64,000 bases of DNA from an uncultured Acidobacteriaceae bacterium (lineage in GTDB: Bacteria; Acidobacteriota; Terriglobia; Terriglobales; Acidobacteriaceae): positions 10,799 through 74,798 of the forward strand of contig CAVSBA010000006.1 of assembly GCA_963725975.1 (NCBI GenBank), in the 5' to 3' direction. The position numbers and the translations under genes were made by a program. The notes below the pieces were generated by a model. It worked only from the letters and a program-made list of their open reading frames with translations. It had not been told where the DNA came from and did no database searches. Positions 18,839-27,568 of the stretch are shown one piece after another; positions within the stretch are counted from its first letter, which is position 1, and each line of letters starts with the position of its first letter.

Positions 18839-19830
18839 ACGCGAGTGCGAATGAGGCTTTGGTGTGTCACGGTGATTCTCTTTAGGTCATACGGGGAAGC
18901 CTCTCCGGGCAGATTAGTTCCACCGTAAAATGAAAAGGCAGCGCGGTATCCGGCCCGTTTCGCAGCCTCCTCGGTCGCCTTTGTAAAGCTGGTTTTGGCG
19001 CCGACAGGATAGGCCAGCACATTCACATCGCCCCCGAGGTGGTCTCTTAGAATCTTCAGCGATTGGGAAAGCTCCACAAATTGCTGATCAGGTTGCAACT
19101 GGCTGAGCACGTGGTGAGAATGGGTGTGGGAGCCAATGGCCATACCTCCCGCAATCATCTTCTGAGCCTCTTCCCAACTTAGGAATCTTCGTATCGTCGT
19201 AGGTACCGCATCCGCGTGTGCCGCTTCTCCGAGTTCAGCGATGAATCGATCAGGATCGCCATTATCGGGTCGCTTATATAACCTCAACGCAGCTTGCAAA
19301 GCTCCGTCCAATCCATCCCTATCGATATTGACCGCATACTGAACCGGGTAACGCAGGACGAAGCGGCGTCTGCGCGCTGTCTTTAACAAGTAAGCAATGT
19401 GGTCCCACCATGGCACTGCGCTAGACCCGATCAACCCGGTGACCAGAAAGAAGACGCCCTGCACGCCATAAGAGCGCAAGATGGGAAACGCGATTTCAAA
19501 GTTGTCTAGATAGCCGTCGTCAAGGGTGATCAACACGCGTGCACGCCGCTTTTCCTTTACGCTGCCGTCGACGAATCGCAACGCCTCATCAAGGCCGATC
19601 AGTGATACATGCTGCTTAAGGTACGCGATATGGTCAGCAAATTCGTCAGCGGTAACGGAAAAGACGCCAGGATCAAATAAATCGGCGCCGGCATCGCCGA
19701 TACGATGATAATTGAGGATAGTAAGAGAGTCCCGTTCCGGAAGCGCCGACAAGAGATGCACGATGCCGCTCCACAATATGCCGCGTGATACCACCTCCGC
19801 CTTCCAGTGCAGCTTCGGCACTGTTGTCAT
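18796..19830 (-). CDS. Polysaccharide deacetylase (CE4/NodB-like)
   Basis: ILNYHRI, ITLDDGY, IGSHTHSH, AYPVG. Confidence 0.9.
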   Translation of the reverse strand: MTTVPKLHWKAEVVSRGILWSGIVHLLSALPERDSLTILNYHRIGDAGADLFDPGVFSVTADEFADHIAYLKQHVSLIGLDEALRFVDGSVKEKRRARVLITLDDGYLDNFEIAFPILRSYGVQGVFFLVTGLIGSSAVPWWDHIAYLLKTARRRRFVLRYPVQYAVNIDRDGLDGALQAALRLYKRPDNGDPDRFIAELGEAAHADAVPTTIRRFLSWEEAQKMIAGGMAIGSHTHSHHVLSQLQPDQQFVELSQSLKILRDHLGGDVNVLAYPVGAKTSFTKATEEAAKRAGYRAAFSFYGGTNLPGEASPYDLKRITVTHQSLIRTRVQCAFGNATGRFWP

Positions 19831-19959
19831 GCGAATGCTCCTTTGTGACGATGCACTTAGAGTACACCTTCGCGATCTGCGCCCACAGCGCGATGAAAGA
19901 CAAACTCGAGATATTTCGTAGACGACAGATGGGACAAGAACAGGGAATGGTCCAATAAC

Positions 19960-21405
19960 GTGATACAGGCATCCATCAATAGAGAAGCTTCTCCCGAAGG
20001 CAAGGTTGCGACCGTTAGCAATGTGGTCGCAATAGACTCCGGTTCATCGTTCGTCGCGAGAGTAAAGCACTGGACGGGAATGGATCGGCCGATTGCTTTC
20101 AATGTACTGGCGCGTCTGTGGTCCGGCGCGGCGGGTATGGTAACGGTTTTGCTTATTGCTCATTATCTAACCTCACGCGAACAGGGATACTATTACACAT
20201 TTTTCAGTTTCGTTGCGCTTCAGGTTGTTTTTGAATTGGGCTTCTGCTTTGTCATTCTACAGTTGGTGGCACATGAACGCGCCCAATTGGTGATTACTCC
20301 GGATGGCGACATCAAGGGCGACGCTATTGCACAAGCGCGGTTAGCGTCGGTGCTGAGATTGTCCATTCGGTGGTACTCAGTGGCCGCCGTCGCGATGGTG
20401 GCGACTTTGTTGCCGGTCGGTTCTTATTTCCTTGGCCGCCAGGGACATTCGGGAATCGGCGTGTCCTGGAGGGGTCCGTGGTCCTTGCTGGTAATCGCCA
20501 CGGCCTCAAACCTGATGATGTCGGTAATTTCTGCGTTCATTGAAGGCTGCGGGTTTGTGACCCTGGTGGCAAAAGCATATTTAGGCCAGGTCGTCTGCGG
20601 GAGTGTGCTGTCATGGTGTGCCTTGACTACAGGACACGGCCTATACGCCCCAGCCATGCTCCTATTTGGTTTCTCATCGATGCAGGCAGCGTTTCTGGTC
20701 ATACCGAAACAGCAGCGCGGGCTCCTGCTTTCGGTGCTAAAGATTCCGGTGGGCATCCACGGTATTGCGTGGCTGCGTGAGATTTGGCCGTTCCAGTGGA
20801 GAATTGCGCTTACGTTTCTATCGAGTTACTTCATTTCCCAATTAATGACTCCCGCACTGTTTGTTTACCAAGGCGCCGTCATCGCCGGGCGCATGGGAAT
20901 GTCACTCAGTATCTCAACCTCCATCGGAACAATCGGCTTGGCGTGGATGAGCACCAAGTCAGCACCGTTCGGAAGCATGGTAGCCAGGGGCGACATCAAG
21001 ACGCTGAATAAGCTGTTCTTTCGTACATTCTTGCAATCCACGGTATTAGTCTGCACAGGCGCAGTGGCATGTTTTGCGTGCTTGTTGGTAGTCAATGAAC
21101 ACCTGCCGAAATTGGCGGCACGCGTGCTGCCGCCTTGGGTGTTTGGCTTGCTGCTGCTCACAATGATTATGAGCCACGTACGCTTTAGCGAGGCGCTCTA
21201 CATGCGGGCCCACAAGCGCGAGCCTCTCCTTGTTCAGTCTACGGTGGTGGCAGCGTGTCTTGGAATCAGCACCATAGCTTTTGCTCACTACTACAATGCT
21301 TCCGCCGTGGTGGTGGGTTACTTCATTTTGGCCGGCGTCGTCAGCATCATTTGGGGCACCTCAATCTTTGTCGCAAAGCGACGCGAGTGGTACAAAGCGC
21401 AGTGA
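19960..21405 (+). CDS. Wzx-like polysaccharide flippase
   Basis: About 12 TM helices; EQGYYYTF...VVFELG motif; lies in an EPS locus with no other flippase. Confidence 0.75.
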   Translation: MIQASINREASPEGKVATVSNVVAIDSGSSFVARVKHWTGMDRPIAFNVLARLWSGAAGMVTVLLIAHYLTSREQGYYYTFFSFVALQVVFELGFCFVILQLVAHERAQLVITPDGDIKGDAIAQARLASVLRLSIRWYSVAAVAMVATLLPVGSYFLGRQGHSGIGVSWRGPWSLLVIATASNLMMSVISAFIEGCGFVTLVAKAYLGQVVCGSVLSWCALTTGHGLYAPAMLLFGFSSMQAAFLVIPKQQRGLLLSVLKIPVGIHGIAWLREIWPFQWRIALTFLSSYFISQLMTPALFVYQGAVIAGRMGMSLSISTSIGTIGLAWMSTKSAPFGSMVARGDIKTLNKLFFRTFLQSTVLVCTGAVACFACLLVVNEHLPKLAARVLPPWVFGLLLLTMIMSHVRFSEALYMRAHKREPLLVQSTVVAACLGISTIAFAHYYNASAVVVGYFILAGVVSIIWGTSIFVAKRREWYKAQ

Positions 21406-21541
21406 GAAACGGGCCGGAAACAGGGCCATCCTCTGCATGGTGCGGCTGAGATGTTCAGCGAAGGGCGTCTAAGAAAGATGACGCCAGATCAATTGTTGCG
21501 GTTTATGAAAGACATTGTTCTACAGCCTTGGGAGAAATTAA

Positions 21542-22318
21542 GTGAGAGAAATTCTGGGAGTGAAGGTCACAGTCAGCACATATGATGAGGTTGTCGAGCG
21601 GACCCGTGGGTGGGCAGCTCGTCGTGAATCCAGAGCCGTCTTCTTTGCCAATGTGCATATGCTCATGGAGGCGTATGACGATCCGCAGTTTTGTGCGGGT
21701 CTGAATGCGGCAGACATCGTCAACCCGGACGGGATGCCGGTCGTATGGTCCCTTCGCGCGATTGGAGAACGAAACGCAAATCGTGTTTACGGTCCGGACG
21801 CCATGGAACATTTGCTGGAGGCGGCGCAGGAGTCGGGAATTCCGATTGGATTCTACGGTGGAACGGAGAAAACGCTGGCGAAGCTCGTTGCGGAAGTTCA
21901 GCACCGATACGGTCAATTAAACATTGTCTTCACGATGTCGCCCCCTTTCCGCACTTTAGACAGCGCCGAAGACGAGGACGTGACGAGGCGCATTGCACAA
22001 TCAGGCGCACAAATGCTGTTCGTCGGATTGGGATGCCCGAAGCAGGAACGTTGGATCATGAATCATCACGGCCGAATTCCTGCAGTCATGTTTGGTGTAG
22101 GAGCGGCTTTCGATTTTTTTGCTGGAACTCAGCCCCAGGCACCGCGCTGGATGATGCGCTGCGGGCTGGAGTGGCTGTTTCGACTTGCGGCAGAGCCGCG
22201 TCGCCTTGCACGCCGATACTTCAGAAACAATCCGCGATTCATGGTATTGTTCGCGCGTCAACTGGCGGGGATGCGAACAAAATCTTGTCGGGAACGTGTA
22301 GTGCGAAACAACGTGTAA
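21542..22318 (+). CDS. WecB/TagA/CpsF (GT26) glycosyltransferase
   Basis: FANVH, PDGMP, RVYGPD, FVGLGCPKQE, GVGAAFDF, GLEWLFRL..EPRRL.RRY. Confidence 0.93.
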   Translation: MREILGVKVTVSTYDEVVERTRGWAARRESRAVFFANVHMLMEAYDDPQFCAGLNAADIVNPDGMPVVWSLRAIGERNANRVYGPDAMEHLLEAAQESGIPIGFYGGTEKTLAKLVAEVQHRYGQLNIVFTMSPPFRTLDSAEDEDVTRRIAQSGAQMLFVGLGCPKQERWIMNHHGRIPAVMFGVGAAFDFFAGTQPQAPRWMMRCGLEWLFRLAAEPRRLARRYFRNNPRFMVLFARQLAGMRTKSCRERVVRNNV

Positions 22319-22374
22319 CGCGGAGCAAGGTTCGCAGAAATCGATCGGTGCTATTCACGTGAGCTGGGCGCGAG

Positions 22375-22494
22375 GGCGGGTCTCATAAGCCGGCTTGATA
22401 GAATTCCCGGCTTGATGAGACCGCCTTGTTCAATCTGGCGCCTGCCGAATCCGCATCCACGCCTGATGAGGCCGGATGTGGAATCGCAGGCGCC
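22375..22494. terminator. Two consecutive long hairpins between convergent genes (possible bidirectional terminator or stabiliser)
   Basis: GGCGGGTCTCAT-AAGCCGG...CCGGCTT-G-ATGAGACCGCC (22375-22425) and GGCGCCTGC..CCGCATCC...GGATGTGG..GCAGGCGCC (22437-22494); no clear U-tract. Confidence 0.4.
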
Positions 22495-22501
22495 GAGTTG
22501 T

Positions 22502-25102
22502 TTATTGCCCCGCACATCCCATGGTTACCAACCCCCCTAACTGGGATGAGTATTGGCACAACCATTGAGGAAAGAGCGGATCTGAGTTTGGTGTACTGCT
22601 AGGCGGTTGATAGCCGTAGCTGGAAAGAGCTGCGCTTGGAACAAAATCGTTTTGCAGTCCCGCCGTACACGCAATAACGTTAGCGGTTCCGCTACAACTC
22701 GGAGCCGGAGGAGCAGAACTCGGGGCGCTCTGAAATCCAGGATCAGTTCCGAAGGTATTGGACCCCAGCGTAAAGCCAGAGCAGCTGGAGCAATTTGAGT
22801 TGTGACTGGTTGCGCTATAACCCACATTGTTGGCAAGAGAATCGGTCGCATTCAGGTCCGCACCGTAATAGGCGTACATGGGGTTAGAACCGCATCCGGT
22901 TGCCGAGTTAGTGCGGCCGATATTGTTAGTGACTTCCGTATCCACGTTGGTTATACCGGGACCGGCAATCATAAACTCGCCGCAGTAAGAGGCGCTCAAG
23001 CCTGGACCACCGCCATTGCCATAGGCAGTGCTGTTTTCGATGTAGATTGGTGCTGCGCTGTTTGACCAGGCTTCAATCCCGCGCGCCCCGTTGAAAATGG
23101 CGATTGAATCTTCGACCGCGGTTTGGCCGGTGTACTTGAACTGTGAGAAGGTGTCGAGGATGATGCCCTCTCCATCCGTGGCCGCGCGTCCGGCACAGGT
23201 GGCGGGGTCGGTGTTATTCCACGCAAAAACCTGGGAGATGAAGATGTGCGTTCCCGGCTGCGTATCATAATTCACCGGCTCCCAGATGGAGACGCCACTC
23301 GTGCAGGAATCCGTTCCCCCCGCCCCGTTGTAAGCGATGTCTGCGATCAGGGTAAAGTAATCGACGCCGTAGGTTCCGCCTCCATAGTAGGGGGCAGTCA
23401 CGAATCCACCCTCTCCGCACCCATTGGCGATGTCGTCAATGAAAGCTACGTCGATGATGGTCTGATTGCTGGTGGGGGAAGCTTTGAAACAGGCGGCCTG
23501 GCCGGAGTTGCCGGGATAGGTTACCTCGAAGCCCATCACCGCCCAGTGGCTCTGGGAGACAAAGATCCCGTCAGATCCCGACTGTCCTGTGGAATTCACA
23601 TAACAGGAATCGAAAGACGCACATTTGAGAAACGCGAAGCAGTGTCCGCTTCCCGTTACCTTCCCAAACGTGAATCCGAAGGTACTCGGCGCGTAATTTC
23701 CAGACGCGGCAATAATCGTATCGCCGCAGTTGACGGAGTGATCGGGCGTAAGCCAGGGCTTTTGAGAAGACAGTCCGTTGTTGGAGTCGCTGCCGCCGGA
23801 TCCGGACGGCGCAAGGTAATAGGTAGTGCCGGTGCCGGTGCTGGTGGTGGTACCGGTGCCCGTGCTGGAGCCAGTGCCCGTGCCGGTGCTGGAGCCAGTG
23901 CCCGTGCTGCTGCTTGATGCAGAGGTGCCGGTGCCAGTCAGGTTGACTACCGTCGTGGCTGCGGTCGATGCGCTGCTGGCGATGGTCAGCTTACCCGCGG
24001 CCGCTCCCGCTGTGCTGGGATCAAATTTGACATCGAGGGTTAGCTGCTGATTGGGGGTTAATGTGGTGGGGAAAGAAGGCCCGGCCACAGAGAAGCCTTG
24101 GCCGGTTAACGTTGCGCTGTTGACTGTTACCGACGAAGTACCCGTGGCAGTTAGAGTTACAGATTCGGTGGTCGGCGTATTGAGGACCACATCGCCAAAC
24201 GCCACGCTGGCAGGGCTGATGCTCAGCGTGAGGACGATTGCTTTCAGCTGCAGTGTATAGCTAGTGAACATACTGCCCACGCTCGCTGTTATGGTCACGT
24301 TCTGATTGGACGCTACGGAGGCAACGGTGGCCGTGAACTGAGCGCTTTCCGCACCGCCAGCAATGGAAACCGTGCTCGGAACCTTAACTGCCGAGCTGCT
24401 GCTTGACAACTTTACAGTCATGCCGCTGCTGGGCGCCGCAGAGGCTACGGTTACCGTACAAACATCGGTACCAGCCCCAGTCACTGCTCCGCTGCTGCAG
24501 GATAGCAGACTTAGCGCGGGCACGGCAGTGGCGCCAGTGCCTCTTAAGGAAATGACTTGTGAAGAGGCACTAGAAGAGTTGCTGGACAAGGTCAATTGCC
24601 CGGACGCCTGCCCGATGGCGGCTGGAGCAAATTGCACGGACAATTGGGTCGTTTGACCCGCATTAATCGTAAGCGGGAATTGGGCCCCTGAGAGCGCGAA
24701 ACCACTGCCGCTGAGGCTGGCCGCATTGATCGTTACGGGTGCTGAGCCGGAAGCGGTCAATGTAATCGATTGAGTTGTAGGCGCGTTCAGCGAGACCGTG
24801 CCGAACTGAATGGTAGCTGGCTCGATGCTTAAGGTCGGCCCCGCCGAGGCGGAGGAGGAGGAGGAGGAGGAGGCGGATGCAGATTGCGACGATAGCGCCG
24901 TCAACCCGGCGCCGCAGCCGCTTAAAGTGGTCCCCAAAAAGCAGACGAAGAGGAACTGCAAGCCCCTCTCCCAGTGGTTCAGTCCGCCTCGGCTGATGCG
25001 AGTCGATGCGGCGCGCTGATAGGAATCTCCGAACTCTTGACAGGTAGATTCATGACGTAGGGTATGGATGGCTCGGAATTGAGCAGCGAAAAACTTGGAC
25101 AC
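22502..25102 (-). CDS. Surface lipoprotein: choice-of-anchor D (ASH-like Ig) domains plus Cys-rich right-handed beta-helix domain
   Basis: GTG start with GGAGG RBS; lipobox LSG-C; two FG.V.LN.PTT...F.P...G.A.G.LT units; YYLAPSG..GSD.N.G.S...PW.T (DUF1565-like beta-helix start); DGEGIILD. Confidence 0.8.
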   Translation of the reverse strand: MSKFFAAQFRAIHTLRHESTCQEFGDSYQRAASTRISRGGLNHWERGLQFLFVCFLGTTLSGCGAGLTALSSQSASASSSSSSSASAGPTLSIEPATIQFGTVSLNAPTTQSITLTASGSAPVTINAASLSGSGFALSGAQFPLTINAGQTTQLSVQFAPAAIGQASGQLTLSSNSSSASSQVISLRGTGATAVPALSLLSCSSGAVTGAGTDVCTVTVASAAPSSGMTVKLSSSSSAVKVPSTVSIAGGAESAQFTATVASVASNQNVTITASVGSMFTSYTLQLKAIVLTLSISPASVAFGDVVLNTPTTESVTLTATGTSSVTVNSATLTGQGFSVAGPSFPTTLTPNQQLTLDVKFDPSTAGAAAGKLTIASSASTAATTVVNLTGTGTSASSSSTGTGSSTGTGTGSSTGTGTTTSTGTGTTYYLAPSGSGGSDSNNGLSSQKPWLTPDHSVNCGDTIIAASGNYAPSTFGFTFGKVTGSGHCFAFLKCASFDSCYVNSTGQSGSDGIFVSQSHWAVMGFEVTYPGNSGQAACFKASPTSNQTIIDVAFIDDIANGCGEGGFVTAPYYGGGTYGVDYFTLIADIAYNGAGGTDSCTSGVSIWEPVNYDTQPGTHIFISQVFAWNNTDPATCAGRAATDGEGIILDTFSQFKYTGQTAVEDSIAIFNGARGIEAWSNSAAPIYIENSTAYGNGGGPGLSASYCGEFMIAGPGITNVDTEVTNNIGRTNSATGCGSNPMYAYYGADLNATDSLANNVGYSATSHNSNCSSCSGFTLGSNTFGTDPGFQSAPSSAPPAPSCSGTANVIACTAGLQNDFVPSAALSSYGYQPPSSTPNSDPLFPQWLCQYSSQLGGLVTMGCAGQ
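23826..23914 (-). repeat. Intragenic tandem repeat encoding a Ser/Thr/Gly linker
   Basis: Repeated GTGCTGGAGCCAGTGCCC and GTGCCG units; encodes SSSSTGTGSSTGTGTGSSTGTGTTTSTGTGT. Confidence 0.85.
24851..24871 (-). repeat. (GGA)7 trinucleotide repeat encoding poly-Ser
   Basis: Seven perfect GGA units, shortly after the lipobox. Confidence 0.9.
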
Positions 25103-25620
25103 GACTTTACCTCCGCATAGAAATGCGTTCGTCTGCTATGGGTGGTCTCGCCATAGGGCCAAGGCTGAAAGGTCAACGGCTCATTCCAGACATATCGGCT
25201 TGAAAGTATGAAAGCTTCAGACGCCAGAGCCTGTGAGTCGCTGCGACCCCACAAAACAACTCAAGTGGGTGCGCGAGGTAGTTACGCACGTAATAGCGTG
25301 TCTTTCTGTAACTTACATCGCATTACCAGGCAGTCAATGGCACTTTCAGGTAAGCAGTTCATGCGGGATGTTGCTCACTTTAAAGGAACATCTGTCAAAC
25401 TTGTGACCGCACTTCAGCTGGCCCCTGTTTCGGAGGTACGTCTTGTGTGCAGAATTTGATCGTATCATACAGGCCCTGTAGCGCATGATGGTCACGCAAG
25501 TCCAGTGACTAAAGAAGTAGCAAAATCCTGTGGAAATCCCCCATTTGCTGTAGGATATGGCCCGCTCGAATATCCAGTTCTGCCCCCACCCTGCACCTCG
25601 CCCACGACCGCAAGAGCGAT

Positions 25621-25654
25621 TGTCTTCCCGAGCGGAGCGCAAAATCTGCGGTTG
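25621..25654 (+). repeat. Left inverted repeat flanking the GIY-YIG remnant (REP-like)
   Basis: TGTCTTCCCGA-GCGGAGCG-CAAAATCTGCGGTTG; resembles the reverse complement of 26055-26100. Confidence 0.6.
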
Positions 25655-25700
25655 TTCCTCATCACATTCGGTTCTGCGGTTGCGGCGCACGACGAAAAGC

Positions 25701-26039
25701 GTGCACGAGGGTTAATAATTCGCCTACATCATGGCCGACCGCAGCCACAATCCCTACATTGCAGTGACCGGCGACCTCGTCAAGCGTGTCCTCCATCACA
25801 AAATTGAAAGAGCGCGAGGGATTCACTGCGCGCTATAACTGCGATCGCCTGGTGTGGTTCGAGCGCTATCAGGATGTCCAGAAGGCTATGGCGCGCGAAA
25901 AGGAACTCAAAGGCTGGCGGCCTTCGAAAAGATCGCGCTGATCGAATCCGCCAACCCGGCCTGGACCGATCTCAGCCGCGAATGGTCTTACGTTGATCCT
26001 GCCGATTATCGTCGTGCACTCGACCGTGGGGAGAGCTGA
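25701..26039 (+). pseudogene. Small GIY-YIG nuclease (YhbQ/UPF0213-like) pseudogene
   Basis: Stitched translation MHEG**FAYIMADRSHNPYIAVTGDLVKRVLHHK/LKEREGFTARYNCDRLVWFERYQDVQKAMAREKELKGWRPSK/KIALIESANPAWTDLSREW; stops at 25713-25718; frameshifts in A-runs at ~25803 and ~25929. Confidence 0.88.
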
Positions 26040-26054
26040 AGAGCAATCGCAGAG

Positions 26055-26100
26055 CAACCGCGGATCCTTGCCCATCACCGCGTTCAGGGTCAGGATGACA
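26055..26100 (-). repeat. Right inverted repeat flanking the GIY-YIG remnant (REP-like)
   Basis: Reverse complement reads TGTCATCCTGA-CCCTGAACGCGGTGATGGG-CAAGGATCCGCGGTTG. Confidence 0.6.
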
Positions 26101-26189
26101 GCTGGTTGGAGAGCTGCCAATGGCGGTGAACTCGCAACTGTGGGCGGTTAGTCGCTATTCGATCTGGAGGCTGTTTTCATTTCCACGGC

Positions 26190-27485
26190 TCAAAGGGCGT
26201 GGAGCATTGGTTCAGAAAGATCGAGTCTTGTGGGGTCAAAGTGGTTCGCATTCTCCCAGGGCATGAAATACGCCAGGAGCGACCATCCCCAGAAGGGATC
26301 GAGCCCGGCCCCTTTGGCGCTATCCGAGGTATAGTACTCGCGGTCGCCAATTCTACTGACCATGGCAAAGGTTATATTGGCCAGCTCGGTCGCGATGTCT
26401 GTGTACCCATAGGACAGCAACCCGTGAAAGATATAGTAGTTGGTTGGAATCCAGGTGTTTGCGCGCCACAACGAGCCCTTGACATCGGTGGGTAGATAGC
26501 TTTCCGTATAGCCCTTTTCAGTCGCCGCGAGAGACGGTACGGGAAATTTGCGCCAGAACTCCTGCTTGTTGAGCAGATGCTCGTGAACCAGCCGCTCGGC
26601 CTGGGCGCTGGTGCAGATGCCCGCCCATAACGGCGCAAAACCGGCAATTGACTTTACCGGAATCCTCTGGCCCGTGCGGTTGTCAACGTCATAATAAAAG
26701 CCCGATCTTTCATCCCAGCACATCCGCTGTACGGCGGCTTTTTTGGCTTCAGCCTTCTCCCGGAACAGAACAACATCGGCGCCGCGATTTTTGGCCTTAG
26801 CGATCAGGGCGAAGGCGAGACATTCTCTATACAGATAGGAATTCAGATCGACGCCGTCGTCATAATCAGCTTTCCAATGTCCCGCTCTTTCGTGTTGAGT
26901 GTCCATGCCGGTGTGGGGAGCTGAACGCCAATAGGAGAGAATCTCCCCATCCTTGGTTAACACATTGAGCCAATAGAGCAGGAACTTGCGCATGCGCTCG
27001 TAGTAATGGTCGTCAAGCCACTCCAGGTTTCCCAACTTCCTGGCGACGAGGATTGAAATTTGAGCGAGGAAGGGCTTAAACATCTCGTCGGATTCTTCTC
27101 TTTGGGTGGGGTCATTGACGCGCCGAATAAATCCGTCTTCCCGTTGATAATCCAGAAAGATTTTAACCCCGTTCATCATATAAGTCGGTTCCCAGCCCAG
27201 CTCCAGTTGGACGATGCCTTCGAAATACTCGTCCCAGTCGTAGAGGGTTTTGTAACTATAGCCTGAGAAATAATCCCGCCCGGTGGTGGGATCGCGATGA
27301 ATGCCCTTGGTCTTCATCACCTGGTCAATGCGCAGGAGCTGGCTACGCAATGCCGGATCGACTTTGCGCAGCGATGAGTCTGAACCGGGCGCGCTTCCCA
27401 GCACCGCCCACAGGTTCTTCGGGGTCAACAGGGGAGATCCTGCAAGAACGGCGGTCTCAAGAAATTCCCGGCGCGAGAAATTCAT
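26190..27485 (-). CDS. Tat-exported (alpha/alpha)6 glycoside hydrolase (GH63/MGH1/trehalase-like)
   Basis: SRREFL Tat motif; LYDWD, TGMD, VDLNSYLY, WDE.SGFYYD, WRANTW..TNY, REYY, FWGWS. Confidence 0.8.
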   Translation of the reverse strand: MNFSRREFLETAVLAGSPLLTPKNLWAVLGSAPGSDSSLRKVDPALRSQLLRIDQVMKTKGIHRDPTTGRDYFSGYSYKTLYDWDEYFEGIVQLELGWEPTYMMNGVKIFLDYQREDGFIRRVNDPTQREESDEMFKPFLAQISILVARKLGNLEWLDDHYYERMRKFLLYWLNVLTKDGEILSYWRSAPHTGMDTQHERAGHWKADYDDGVDLNSYLYRECLAFALIAKAKNRGADVVLFREKAEAKKAAVQRMCWDERSGFYYDVDNRTGQRIPVKSIAGFAPLWAGICTSAQAERLVHEHLLNKQEFWRKFPVPSLAATEKGYTESYLPTDVKGSLWRANTWIPTNYYIFHGLLSYGYTDIATELANITFAMVSRIGDREYYTSDSAKGAGLDPFWGWSLLAYFMPWENANHFDPTRLDLSEPMLHAL

Positions 27486-27568
27486 ACGATCCTCTCGATG
27501 TCAGCTGGTGACGCACTAATTCATTGCCGCCATTGTAGCCGGTTCGATGAAACGTTCCACGCATGCTT

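Noticed and set aside
15400-22300. Apparently lower GC in the glycosyltransferase block as evidence of horizontal transfer
   Set aside because: Visual impression only, not measured, and common in EPS loci.
22463-22469. CTGATGA, the hammerhead ribozyme core
   Set aside because: No GAAA after a stem II and no stem III/UH geometry; the motif lies within the tip of a simple hairpin.
23826-23914. Short direct repeats as a CRISPR array
   Set aside because: In-frame coding linker without unique spacers; no cas genes in the window.
8300-25102. PEP-CTERM/exosortase system implied by the ExeA-like ATPase
   Set aside because: No exosortase-like gene and no VPEP-TM-basic C-terminus in any ORF seen; the Ig protein's true C-terminus lies outside the window.
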